Below, piece by piece: positions 24,838 through 37,035 of a stretch of DNA of 64,000 nucleotides (position 1 is its first letter; each line of letters starts with the position of its first letter). Under the pieces are notes generated by a model, which saw only the letters and a list, made by a program, of their open reading frames with translations, was not told where the DNA came from and searched no databases. Origin of the DNA: Heptranchias perlo (taxonomy: Eukaryota); contig NC_090356.1 of NCBI RefSeq assembly GCF_035084215.1, forward strand, positions 26,226,001-26,290,000. The letters run 5' to 3'. Position numbers and translations under genes: made by a program.

Positions 24838-25576
24838 GGGCCAGAAATCACTCGGAGCAGCGAGGCAACACTCACCGCCGCTCCTGCGAACTAAATTAAC
24901 GAAAATACTTACTGTGGGCTCGACGACGTCGAATTGCTTGAATTTGAACTTTAAAAAAATTGTGCGCTATCAATCCAGCCTCTGAACAGCGGGAGTTGCC
25001 GTGGCCGGAAAAGTCTGAGAGAGGAGAAGACACGCCCACAAAATTGCTCAATCAGGCAAGCAGACTTCATTCATTTAAAGTTAGTATTCTGTATGTCATT
25101 GTAAATAAAAAAAATAATTTTGTTTATAAAAGGCCAAAGAAATAGTTGAATTAAATAAAAGAGACAGAGGGGAAAAATAAAAAGGAAACATTTAACTTTT
25201 TAATTTAAATTTTTTTATTAACATCCAAAATCTCTTAAAATAAGACTCCACATTTTTAAAAGTTAATTTTTAGTTTTTTGGCATTCATTAATATTTACCG
25301 CGCTGTTAAAACTTAGTTTAGGCCTGGTATTTTTAAGCGTACCTGTTTGGTGGTGTGATTAGTTACTTTCCAGCTGGGCAGATAAGCACGTTTGCACTTT
25401 TTCAATGGTTTCTCTGATTGCAGCGTGTGATGTCCCTTTAATTCGAAGCTGCCATAGGAGCAAGTTCCACGTTTCACTACACATGTGCAAACTCTGGAAC
25501 TTTCTCCTCCATTTCGCCACTGACAACAGAGAGTGCTGTTGAGCTCTACCTTTATTTCGGGAGTGATTTCTGCCCC
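24838..25576. mobile_element. Harbinger-like MITE
   Basis: 16-bp TIRs gggccagaaatcactc / gagtgatttctgcccc, 3-bp TSD ATT on both sides. Confidence 0.75.
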
Positions 25577-26510
25577 ATTGTATCCACATCAACTGAATAA
25601 TAGGGATCCATTGAGTTAATTATTTTCAAAGAACAAATAGTTCCCCATGCTCTGTATTAAACATTTTGTTTGTCCTTTAGGTACGCAATCGTTAATTTAT
25701 TCCAAGCAAATCCTGAATGTAGTAGAAATCTTCTGTTACAGGGACAAAGACAGTTATCAAAAAGGTTAGGTACAATATATACGATATATGTACAATATAT
25801 ACATATCGCATGGTTTCGGGTGGGCTGGGGAGGGTATATATTGTGATGCACAAGGTCTCACAATTGTGTGGGACAGGCTGGATAGGTCAGAGGGTCTTTC
25901 CTTGTCCGCCATTATTTGTATGTTCATATACCACAGCCAGCCTGGAAAAATGATAATGATGGGTCTTATGATATGGCCTGGTCCCATTTGCCCCTACTGC
26001 TCTTCAGCTGTGGCCCAGGGCACGTTCGTTGCTCGGGGCACCTCTGGATTTTGTGACCTGTTCGGCCGTGGGACGTTGAATGTTCTGCTCTCTCTCTCCC
26101 CCTTGAATGGCAGCAGAGAAAGCGGAATGCTGTTAGGAACACCATCCCAGTTCCACACAGAAAGCGAGAAGGCCCCAATAAAAGAGAACTACTTAACACA
26201 ACTATCGATCTGAGAAAAAATAAAATTTAAAAACTATTGTGTACAAAGTCTTGTTTTTTTTAATCATTGGTTGCTGCCTTACTGCTTGTGGCTGGAAAGC
26301 TTTTATAGTTTGGCTGGAAACCTTTTGGTTAAATTATTTCTAAAGCACTTTAATCCATATAGGTTGGTTTGATTACTATAAAGAACGCCTTTGAACAAAA
26401 GCACTTTTATCTGTTTTTATTCAATTGATCAAGAAGATCGTAACTTGAACATTTATTAATTCTGAATTATAGCCGAAGTACACCAAGTTAAGAAGCTCTG
26501 CCTGATAATT

Positions 26511-26958
26511 TTAGTATGGTGTCCATTGGGATGAGCAAATAAACACTTGGACCAGAGCCTGGTTGCATGTTTCTCCAGAATCAAGGTCTGATGTGCTTTC
26601 CAAAGTTGCGCGACTCACTTCTTTGATCTCCACAAACTGGCGTCTTCTTGACATTTGCTCTTTCTTTAAAATGGCTGCTTGGAATGTGTTCTCTCTACTG
26701 GCAGAAGTTCTGCAGCGACCTAAAACAAGAATGGTGGGCCTCAAGAAAGCTCTCACGGGTTGGCTAGAAAGACAATGTGCAAAGAAATCAGACGCTGACT
26801 CTAAGAACAACAGAATATGAATGATATCCTCCTGAGAGAAAACCTGGTCCATGTATTTGTTCAAACCCGGCCAAGATTTATCAAGCAAGCTGCTCCAGCA
26901 AACTACTGTCGAATCAGCAAGGTTTGATAAACTGGTCACAAATCCTTCCCAATTCAAT
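26511..26958 (-). CDS. Candidate terminal coding exon (exon 3) of an unidentified ~197-aa protein
   Basis: T-rich acceptor ttgctttttatattgttttaatgttAG directly before the 148-codon ORF. Stop at 26511. AATAAA on minus strand near 26452-26457 and 26416-26421. Not repeat-like. Confidence 0.6.
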
Positions 26959-27006
26959 CTAACATTAAAACAATATAAAAAGCAAATTATTCCACATTTT
27001 CTTTGA

Positions 27007-27900
27007 TATGTACACTGACGATACCCAGCTCTACCTCTCCACCCCCTCTCTTATCAGCAATGGCTCATTGGGTAGCACTCCTGCCTCTGGGTCAGAAAGG
27101 TTGTGGGTTCAAGTTCCACTCCAGAGACTTTGAGCACAAAATCTAGGCTGACACTCCAGTGCAGTACTGAGGGAGTGCTACACTGTTGGAGGTGCCATGA
27201 GATGTTAAACTGAGGCCCTGTCTGCCCTTTCAGGTGGCTGTAAAAGATCCATTGGTACTATTTTGAAGAAGAGCAGGGGAGTTCTCCCCAGTGTCCAGGC
27301 CAATTTTTATCCCTCAACCAACACCTCAAAACAGATTATCTGGTTATTATCACATTGCTGTTTGTGGGGCCTTGCTGTGTGCAAATTGGCTGCTGTGTTT
27401 CCTACATTACAAAAGTGACTACACTTCAATAGTAATTCATTGGCCGTGAAGCACTTTGGGATGTCCTGAGGACATGAAAGGCACAATATTAGCACAAGTC
27501 TTTCTTTCTCTCTTGACCCCTCCACTGTCTCTGTATTGTCAGATTTCTTGTCCAACATCCAGTCATGGATGGGCTTCAATTTTCTCCGCATAAAGATTGG
27601 GAACATTGAATTCATCATCTTCCCGCCCCCATAACTTTGCCACTGATTCCATCCTTCTCTCTGGCCACTGTGTTTGGCTGAACCAAACAGTTCGCAACCT
27701 CAGCATCCTATTCGACCCTGGGCTGAGCTTCTGACTCCACATCCTCTCCATCACAAAGATCACCTACTTCAACCTTTGCAACATTGCCTGCCTGCCCCCT
27801 CCCCATCTCAGCTCAGCTGCTGCTGAAACCCTCATCCATGCCTTTCTCACCTCCAGATCTGACTAATCCAATGCTCTTCTGACTGACTTCCCATTCTCCA
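27007..27900 (+). mobile_element. L2 LINE RT fragment interrupted by a SINE
   Basis: YTDDTQLYLS-coding start at about 27010; resumes after 27510 with L2-like sequence. Confidence 0.7.
27058..27510 (+). mobile_element. Full-length Deu-domain tRNA SINE (SacSINE1-like)
   Basis: A-box tggctcattgg, B-box ggttcaagttcc, conserved central body, (cttt)n tail, candidate TSD ctctctt. Confidence 0.8.
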
Positions 27901-28026
27901 CAAACCTGATAATTTGGCTTGTCATTGGGATATAAAATAAACTATAGCATGACCACTAATTTATTCATGTCTAGGGAATGCTTTCCCACTAGATACAATT
28001 GATGGCCTACCAAAGAGTTAGGTTAC

Positions 28027-28085
28027 CTCAATGGAATAGTCTCTATGACCTGAGCACAGTAATATGCAAAAAGCTTTCTCCTCTG
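28027..28085 (-). CDS. Candidate internal coding exon (exon 2, 59 nt)
   Basis: Acceptor cttactcatctctcaatctcaaatAG, donor AG|GTAACC. Reads QRRKLFAYYCAQVIETIPL(R), phase 0 in and phase 2 out, matching both neighbours. Confidence 0.55.
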
Positions 28086-28847
28086 CTATTTGAGATTGAG
28101 AGATGAGTAAGTTTGGCAAGCCTCGCTGGTACCCGTGTGAGGCGGAGGAGAGATTATTAAGATGAATGTCTTTTCAATAACTCCCCTCACAGTTCCGGAC
28201 TTGGCAAGAGATGTGATTCCATATTAAATTGACCAGAATGCGTTTGTTTAGAAAGTGCTTTCAAACCGAAAGCAATAGCCCAGAGTCTGCAAATTTCAAT
28301 CCCTGCTTTGCTGGCTATAACTCAGAGGATTATATTCGGCTATTAATTGGCTAGAAGTTGAACACAACTTAATATAGAAATAGACCTACACTCCATCTTC
28401 ACCTAAAATTACTAATCAAAGCTCTGGCAATTCTGTCCTACAGACGACCTACTGTGCTTTTAAAGCTCTCCCTCTGTTTTGACGTGCTTATTTCTATCTG
28501 CTTTAAGGTTCAAACAGGAGGATAAACACAGACTGATCCATTTGGTAAATGAAACACTTCAATCCCTGGAGACACCAATGCTCCAACACAGAGTTTAACC
28601 AATGAAACAGTTTATTTCCTAGAAAAAAAAACCAAGAAAAACATCTACACTTTAAAGGGAATTCCAATAAATTCTTGGGAGGGTGGGATGAATTTCCGGG
28701 GGGGGGTGGGGGAGAAGGTTCACGTCATTTATACCGTTTTTCTGGGTTTTCCACGATACTTCGGTTAAAGTTCACTCCCACAGTATTTAATGCCTAAAAA
28801 TTATTCACCTGGATTTATAACTCATACATATATGGGAAAATATAAGA

Positions 28848-29088
28848 GTGGGGGAGTTATCCCTGGTGTCCTGGCCAATATTTATCCCTTGAATAACACC
28901 TAAAAGAAAATTATCTGGTCAATAACGCATTGCTGTTTGTGGGAGCTTGCTGTGCACAATTTTGGCTGCCACATTTCCTACATTACAACAGTGACTACAC
29001 TTCAATAGTACTTCATTGGCTGAAAAGCGCTTTCGGACATCCTGAAGTTGTGAAAGGCGCTATAGAAATGCAATTCCTTTCTTTCTTT
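28848..29088 (+). mobile_element. Deu-domain SINE 3' part
   Basis: Matches the 3' half of 27058-27510. Confidence 0.75.
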
Positions 29089-29291
29089 AAATGATTTAAA
29101 TCCTTCATCGTCCCATATTCAGGTTGATAGATTCATAGAGCTTCTGCTAACTGCTGCTCTGATCCCACCTTTCTCCAGACTTTAGGAGGCAGTATTTCTT
29201 GGGTTACTGTGAATTCCTGGCTGAAGCTGGTTCAAATTAAAATGCTGAGTCGCGTAAACCGTACAATGGCAAACAAACACAGGGTGCCCAC

Positions 29292-29378
29292 CTCAATTGC
29301 CTTTTCTAAAGTTGTGACCAGCTCCGTAAAAAGGTTCAGTGTGTTCTCTTGACATTCTTCTGTCCACTGTTTTATCAT
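29292..29378 (-). CDS. Candidate first coding exon (exon 1, 29 codons)
   Basis: ATG with A at -3 and an upstream in-frame stop; MIKQWTEECQENTLNLFTELVTTLEKAIE; donor GAG|GTGGGC (weak). Confidence 0.45.
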
Positions 29379-29419
29379 AATAAATAGGTTGACATCCCGG
29401 TTAAAATAGCAGACGGGAG

Positions 29420-29530
29420 AGTGTCATGTGATCGTGCTCAGCATTGCGCTGCCTACATCACAGGCGGTAATGTCATTTCCCCCTAAAGGTCATGTGATTT
29501 AGGCCTAAAGTTACCACAGCGCGTCTTAGG
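29420..29530. promoter_or_regulatory. Possible promoter with two GTCATGTGAT (M-box/E-box) motifs
   Basis: gtcatgtgat near 29423 and 29489, local CpGs, just upstream of the candidate ATG. Confidence 0.3.
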
Positions 29531-30249
29531 AAATCCTACAGATGTGCAGTGTGCAAATGGCCAAACTAGATTAATCCCCTGTGGAATTGGCTGTGGAATG
29601 TGAAATTATCCCCACCTCCAAATCACAGATACAAGTTTGGAGGCTTATTTAGAAACACAGGTAGGTTAGAAGGTCACATTAATATTCTGGAGTTTTGTTC
29701 AATTTCCTTTGGGAGGCAGGGAGAAACATTGCAGGACGACGTTTGAAGAGATTAAATAATAAAACGCAAATCGATAATAAGACAAATTGTGTAGAGCTTG
29801 TAGAAGGAATGGGCTTGGAGGACTGACTGGCCTTTTCATTTGTTCTTATGTAGTGAAAGAATCAGCCACAAGAAAAACGTGCGGACAAATATTTAGAAAC
29901 AGCTTTCCACAGCCGAACAATGTTTGAGGCATTAGCACTGAGGAGATACGGGACACAGAAAATACAGTGGTGATCTCTTACTCCCCTCCTCCCTTGCACT
30001 TAAGACTTTGAAGATCACTGTGCATCGCTAATCCAACCTACGACACATGTGGTCCACAAACATCTGTTAACTAAGTTATCATGCACCAACACCAGATTGT
30101 TTCTTCGCTTCTCATCTTTTCCCTTCTTTCTCCCTCTCTTTTTTTTGTCCCCTCGCTAACTTTAGGTTGAAGTTATGAAATAGATAAATGGTACAATAAA
30201 TATTAAACCATGTGCCTACATGAAGGGTATCGTGCTCCTACATTTATTA

Positions 30250-30583
30250 CATTATAAAATGATAAAAGGAATCGATAGAATAGATACAGAGAAGCTATTT
30301 TCTCCGGCGGGGGAATCCAGAGCGTGAGGGCACAATCTTAAAATTAGAGCTAGGCCATTTAGGACGGAAAACAAGAAGTATCGTTTCACACAAAAAGTAG
30401 TGGAAATGTAGAATTCTGTTCCCCAATGTTGGGTCAATTGAAGCTTTCAAGACTGAGATTGATAGATTTTTATTAGGTAAGAGTATCAAGGAATCTGGAG
30501 CTAAGGCAGGTAAATGGAACTGAGGTCTAATTAATGGTGGAACAGGCTCGAGGGACTGAATGGCCTACTCCTGTTCCTATGTT
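30250..30583 (+). mobile_element. CR1 3' fragment
   Basis: Same C-terminal and tail motifs as the other CR1 copies. Confidence 0.8.
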
Positions 30584-32375
30584 GCACTGTAAGTTTGAAA
30601 AGAGCTGAACAAAAGCTATTTAAAAGGTAAGTATTGTTTTTATGGAATCTGCCGAAAAGGTGAGAGGCCTTAGTGAGAATAGAATTGAGGGTTAAAAGCT
30701 TTGGACACCCTGTAAAATGAGAATAATGAGGAGAGAAGAGGGTGCAAGTAGTTTTGCTGGGAGGTAAAAGGTTATTTCAAATTGCTAAAGGCAAGGAATG
30801 GGAAAGAAATTTTATGAAAATGGAAGCTGACAGGAAGAAAATAGCCTGCACAGTTTCTTCACAAATGAGAAGCTTAAATTTCAAAGCATCAGCAGGAAAC
30901 AGATCAATGTACTGAAAGAAATTAATAGAAATACATTGAATGACATCTAAGAGAGGACAGTTAGATGGTAGTAGCATGCTCAACTATGAACTGGAAGTCA
31001 CTTATACTCTCTTCAATCTCTTGCCTATTAGCCTGACCCTGGTAAATGATGGAATCTGCTCCGAGCAGTGGAAGGTACGAAGGATGGAAGGAAAGAAAGA
31101 CAGAAAGAAATATTGCCATGGGATCTTTTATGTCCACCTGAGAGATCACACAGATGCAATTGAACTTATTTTACCAGATTCAGCTCTTCACTCTCTCCTC
31201 ATTTTTCAAACAATCCACTGATGAAGTGGTGTGTGATTATTCATTCTGTATTGTCAGTCAATGGACTGCGCTGAAACACTCAGACATATTGGACTGAAAC
31301 ACACAATTCATCTCAATGAGGCAGCAGACAGTCAATCGTCATACTATTTATAAGGCTGGTGCTGTTGTCATTACAGCACGGACTGATTGCTTTACTCACT
31401 GTTGGATACATGAACCCAGGTTTTACGATTGGCATTATTTAAATGCCAGCAATTAAATATTGACAGTTGGAAAATCTCGGCGATTAAGCGTGAATCACAT
31501 TGATGTGATCCCCAACAGTTTTGGTATTGGTTCATTTTCCAATGTGATTTCATTGTTCCAAAAAGCTTATTCGAGTAAGTTTTATTTAAGATGCAAAAAA
31601 ATACAATTAATTGGGAATCTTTGACCTTTTTGTTCCAATTATCTCCTGTCCCAATCTTATGGTGTTGACTAATGATGAGGGACATAGCTCCACTGGCACC
31701 AACTGCCCTTAAGTACCTCACCCAAGTGTCTATTATCCATGTTAGCCCAGCAGTACGCGCTGGAGGCCTACTTGACTTGCTGGGGGAGGAGGAGCAGCAC
31801 AATTGAGTCCGATCCAGTCCGCACCTGGCGGGGACACTTCCTGATTTTTCTTCCCTCCCTAATCCGCCTGAAATCAACTAACTCAACAAAGACTGAGGAC
31901 CAAGTTGGGATCTTCCTGATCTGTATGGCTCAGAACAACAGCAGATTCTGCACTTGCCTAACTGAGCTATGAGGAGAACGGCTATTAAATGAACTTTTGA
32001 TTAAGTGGCTTGCAATTAAATTGAATAGACTACATGATGCTCAAACAATAAAATAGGATTTTTCTGCTGAGCACTATACACTGTGGCCTAGAGATTCTGG
32101 CCCAGAGGGGGAGGGGGGAAGAACTCTGGCAGAGTTGTAGTGAGAGGGGATGCAGAATTTGTTAAGGAGCCCAGATCCAATGGGATTCTGCCCCTTTAAA
32201 GTTATGTCTGAGATTTTGACCCAGGAAAGGCGGACACATCTTGTACCCATCACCCCTATGTCCCAGGGGCATTTTGGGGATCTTTCTGGCGGGGCTACTC
32301 TGGGGATTCCGCTCAGCATCCCACTGTATTCTCTAGTTGTCGGCAGTCTTGGGTTCTGTTCTGGGTCTACACTGG

Positions 32376-33049
32376 TGTAAGGAAATATTGGTTTTAGGTT
32401 TTAAAAGGTATTATGGGGAACTAGGTTCAAAAAGGGTTAATTAGTTAAAGCTTTAGTTGAAGGTACTGTACTATAACATAGACTGCTTTTAAATTAACTT
32501 ACTGCAGCTGCAGGCAATAAAAGCCATTGGAATCTTGTTGTTACAAACTAAGGCAAGAACATGTGGGTAATTCCCCACTGCATCAGACACCTTGGAATGC
32601 CGAAACTAGGTAAGTCTTGTCGCTTTCGGATCCAATAGAGTGATTTATCAAAGGTTTCCAATGTAGAAGGAGGGAACCCTTGGGTATGTGAACGTCAACA
32701 GCCCAGGGCACATTGTTGGCAGGCCCCCATTGGCCCATTGAGTAATGCCTGTCAATCATCAGGCATCATTTCATATAAAGAAGAGCACAAAACTCATGCT
32801 TGTTGTAGAGGACAGAAAAGAAGGTACCTAGTGGGTAAACGAGAACGAGAGGACGTGTATGAGGGAACGTGGAAAGGAGTCACGGCCTCTACCCAAAGAA
32901 CAATGGGGTAATATAATTCTCAACTGTGCTTTGCAAACTACTGCTTAAATACTGTAAGGTATTAATTCTTGTGCTAAATAAAGTCATGTGGCTATCAACC
33001 ATTATGGTGTCAGTCTCGAACATTGAATAGAGAGTCAAAATTGACTACA
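32376..33049 (+). mobile_element. Solo LTR (674 bp)
   Basis: TG...CA ends (tgtaagg / gactaca), 4-bp direct repeat ctgg on both sides, TATA-like catataaag near 32773, AATAAA near 32977. Confidence 0.65.
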
Positions 33050-33521
33050 CTGGGGCCTTCAAACCTGAAGGCAAATGACAATCAGTCCTGCTAAGATTGA
33101 TTGCCGTTGGAAGAAGGGCCAAGGAGTGCTCCCGTTAAAAGACTAACTTTGCACCTCCTTTTTCTTCAGCCCCAATGTGCGTTGCTAGTTGAAGCTCCAG
33201 TGGCGCATTGGGGCATGTGCCTCTTTTCCCCCAAAAGGCATGTGTCACCTGCCCACATTATTCTAATGACCCCCGTCCCTGTGATTTGCGAGCCCAAATA
33301 GCAGAGGGAAGTCCAGCTCCACTGCACTTCATCCAACACGAACTGTTCATGGAATTTCTTGCCTCATCACTTTACTGTGATTACGTGGGTGATGCAGAGG
33401 CTTGACTGTAGAAAGGAATGGCTTAGCTGTGGAGAGAAGGCAAGAAGCTAGGTAAAATCAGCCCCTGAGAGGGGTTAAATTCAGCACAGGAGGAAGGGCC
33501 GAGTGGCCTCCTTCTATACTA

Positions 33522-33990
33522 AAAGAAAGAAAGAACTTGCATTTATATAGTGCCTTTCACAATCTCAAGACATCCCAAAGTTCTTTACAGCCAATTAAGT
33601 ACTTGTGAAGAGTAGTCACCATTGTCATGTAGGAAATGCAGCAGCCAATTTGCGCACAGCAAGGTCCCACAAACAGTAATGTGGTAATGACCCGATTATC
33701 ACTGATTGTGTTTTTCACTGATGTTGGTTGAGGGATAAATATTGGCCAGGACACCAGGGAGAACTCCCCTGCTCTTCTTTGAATAGTGCCATACGAACTT
33801 TTAAATCCACCTGAGAGGGCAGATGGGGCTTCGGTATAACGTTTCATCCAAAAGACAGCACCTCCGACAGTGCAGCACTCCCTCAGTACTGGAGTGTTAG
33901 CCCAGATTACGTGCTCGAGTCACAGGAGTGGGACTTAAACCCACAAGCCTCTGACTCAGAGGCGAGAGTGTTACCCACTGAGCCACAGCT
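33522..33990 (-). mobile_element. Full-length Deu-domain tRNA SINE
   Basis: Reverse complement of the 27058-27510 family. Confidence 0.85.
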
Positions 33991-34304
33991 GCACAAAACA
34001 GACACATCGACATGTATAAATACTCTTTTCTAAATTAGCTTTGGACCTGTCAATCCCGTTGCCAAGTTTATTTTTTTAATAGCCTGGCTTGGTCAGACTT
34101 CAGCTGTTGGTCTCTGAATTGAAACTCAATAATATTTAATCACAATTTGAAACCCTCAGCCTTTCAAAATGGAATATTTTTGATTTTCTTCTCAGGTTTT
34201 TCATTTTACTGAGTTGCAATTAGAGAAAAGAGCGCGTGGGCACATAGGTTTCAAGAGTGTCGTCACTGTCCCGCAGAGCTTCTGGATGAGAGAATCAGCT
34301 TTTT

Positions 34305-35495
34305 TTGATATATATTAATGACTTGGACATGAGTGAACAGGGCACAATTTCAAAATTTGCAGATGACACAAAACTTGGAAGTGTAGTAAACAGTGAGGAG
34401 GATAATAATAGACTTCAAGAGGACATAGACAGGCTGGTGGAATGGGTGGACACATGGCAGATGAAATTTAATGCAGAGAAGTGCAAAGTGATATTTTTTG
34501 GCAGGAAGAATGAGGAGAGGCAATATAAACTAAATGGTGCAATTCTAAAGGGGGTACAGGAACAGAGAGACCTGGGGGTATATATGCACAAATCTTTGAA
34601 GGTGGCAGGATAGGTTGAGAAAGCGGTTAAAAAAGCATACGGGATCCTGGGCTTTATAAATAGAGGAATAGATTACAAAAGTAAGGAGGTTATGTTGAAC
34701 CTTTATAAAACACTGGTTGGGCCACAACTGGAGTATTGTGTCCAATTCTGGGCATCGCACTTTAGGAAGGATGTGAAGGCCTTAGGGAGGGTGCAGAAAA
34801 GATTTACTAGAATGGTTCCAGGGATGAGGGACTTCAGTTACGTGGATATACTGGAGAAGCTGGGGTTGTTCTCTTTAGAGCAGAGAAGGTTGAGAGGAGA
34901 TTTGATAGAAGTGTTCAAAATCATGACAGGTTTAGATAAAGTTTTTCCTCACGTCGCCTTTGGTTCTTTTGCCAATCACCTTAAATCTTTATCAGCGGCC
35001 AATGTTCCTCCAGATCTGACTCTCTTTTTCGAGTAAGCTGCACTGTTTTGAAGTCTCCAACTCGAACTCATGGACCTCAAAGCTCTGGAGCTTTTTATAA
35101 TCCTCAGGCTTCCCTTCCTCCATGAGTCCGAGACGGAGACTTCAAAATGGTGCAGCTTACTCGAAAAAGAGAGTCAGATCTGGAGGAACATTGGCCACTG
35201 ATAAAGATTTAGGGTGATTGGCAAAAGAACCAAAGGCGACTTGAGGAAAAACTTTTTTACGCAGCGAGTAGTTATGATCTGGAATGCGCTGCCTGAAAGG
35301 GTGGTGGAGGCAGATTCAATCGTGGCTTTCATAAAGGAATTGGATAAGTATTTGAAGGGAAAAAATTTGCAGGGCTACGGGGAGAGAGCGGGGGAACGGG
35401 ACTAACTGGATTGCTCTTACAAAGAGCTGGCACAGGCTCGATGGGCCGAATGGCCTCCTTCTGTGCTGGAACGATTCTATGATTCTATGATTCTA
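34305..35495 (+). mobile_element. CR1 3' fragment containing a templated inverted insertion
   Basis: YINDLD..SKFADDTKLG, LEYCVQFW, FFTQRVV; (attctatg)n tail. Confidence 0.9.
34938..35255. repeat. Inverted repeat, 137-bp arms, 44-bp spacer
   Basis: 34938-35074 is the reverse complement of 35119-35255 with about 8 mismatches. Confidence 0.9.
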
Positions 35496-36569
35496 GGTTA
35501 GTCCCTGCCTCTGTTACAAATGTTGAAACAAGCTGGAATACAGTAGGTTTTCTTCCTGACACAGCACCTTCTTCAGCTTAAGAGCAGCAAGTTCAGCTCA
35601 GTGAATATTTTAAGTAATAACATTGAAGTATAAGGTCAGCGATCATTTTGTGTTGCTGAGAAACCAAGGGGAATGGCAGAGGCCCACAGTGCAAGACACA
35701 ACCGAGGATGAAAAGAGCAGGAGAGAGGGCGCAGCAAATCGAGAAATGGTGATTAAGGGATGGCAAGACAAAAAGTGGATTGCAGGAAGAAGGGAAGTCT
35801 GAGGATTATAAGGAGTTCCGGAGCTTTGAGATCCATGAGTTCGAGTCGGAGACTTCAAAACAGTGCAGCTTACTCGAGAAAGAGAGTCAGATCCGGAGGA
35901 ACATTGGCCATTGCAGTATTGGTAAATAGAAAGAGAGAAGACATTTTGTAATGGAGATAGAGGATGGTGGGTAGGTGTGACATAGAAACTTTTTCTTGTA
36001 TCCAGTCCAGGAGTGCGAGAGAAGTGTTGAAAGAGTCTCCTCAGGTATAACACCAGGATTCAAGCCTTCGGTGGACTTGAGAACGTTGAGAATTGATGTT
36101 GAGTTCTCTTGCAAATTCATCCAGGCTCTTTAACTCATAACTAGGGGGGGTGAATTTAACCCTTTCTGACTGGTGGAAACCATGTGTAGGAATATAGAAT
36201 CGCCCAGGTTAGCCTGGAGCTGCTGGCTGTGTATGTTAACATGATCTTCTGAGCAGGTGGTAAGGACACCCACCCAAAACCAGCAGGGTCCTTTTTAACA
36301 TATGCATGACGGATCCCGGTGATGTCATCGGAACCTGACTGTAATTATTACCAGGAGACCTGAGTGGGAAACAGTACTGAGTTTCCTGCCGGGCCGACCA
36401 GAGTGGGAGTGGATCGGGGCCAGAAGCAGCACATAAGGGTATCTTTTTTTTTAAAAATGTAATTTCCTTGTAGGACTCAGGGGAGCAGGAGTGCTCTTCT
36501 GGGCCCCACAAAGAAATCTGAGGCTTCCCTTGAATTCCTGTGGGGCCCAGAAGAGCACTCCCCTATCTT

Positions 36570-37035
36570 ACATAAAATTACATAGAATTTACAGCACTAA
36601 ACCTGTCCATTTGGCCCAACTGGTCTGTGCTGGTATTTATGCTCCACACGAGCTTCCTCCCACTCTACTTCATCTAACCTCATCAAGATATCCTTCTATT
36701 CCTTTCTCCCTCATGTGTATATCTAGCATCCCCTTAAATGCATCTATGCTATTCACCTCAACTACTCCTTTTGGTAGTGAGTTCCACATTCTCACCACTC
36801 TCTGGGTAAAAAAGTTTCTCCTGAATTCCTTATTGAATTTATTGGTGATTATCTTATATTTATGGCCCCTCGTTCTGGTCTCCCCCACAAATGGAAACAT
36901 TTTCTCTACATCTACCCTATCGAACCCCTTGATATTTTTAAAGACCTCTATTAGGTCACCCCTCAGCCTTCTCTTTTCTAGAGAAAAAAGCTCCAGTCTG
37001 TTCAATCTTTCCTTAAGTTATAACCTCTCAGTTCT
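36570..37035 (-). mobile_element. CR1 3' fragment, apparently nested in a Harbinger-like MITE (~36143-37300)
   Basis: ORF 36670-37005 LFSLEKRRLRGDLIE..TRGHKYK..FFTQRVVRMWNSLP. Flanks resemble the MITE at 21443. Confidence 0.8.

Noticed and set aside
26563-26820. Plus-strand 85-aa ORF
   Set aside because: It is antisense to the better-supported minus-strand exon and I saw no splice or poly(A) support for it.
27058-27135. tRNA genes (also at 11908, 33920-33990, 45420-45496)
   Set aside because: The A/B boxes are SINE or LINE heads followed by element bodies; no complete cloverleaf is evident.
28086-28350. Longer version of candidate exon 2 using an upstream AG
   Set aside because: All frames contain stops; only the 59-nt exon keeps the frame.
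26511-29378. Family assignment of the candidate protein (death-domain, Bcl-2-like or TOPOVIB-like motifs)
   Set aside because: Only short, mutually incompatible resemblances from memory; not supportable without a profile search.
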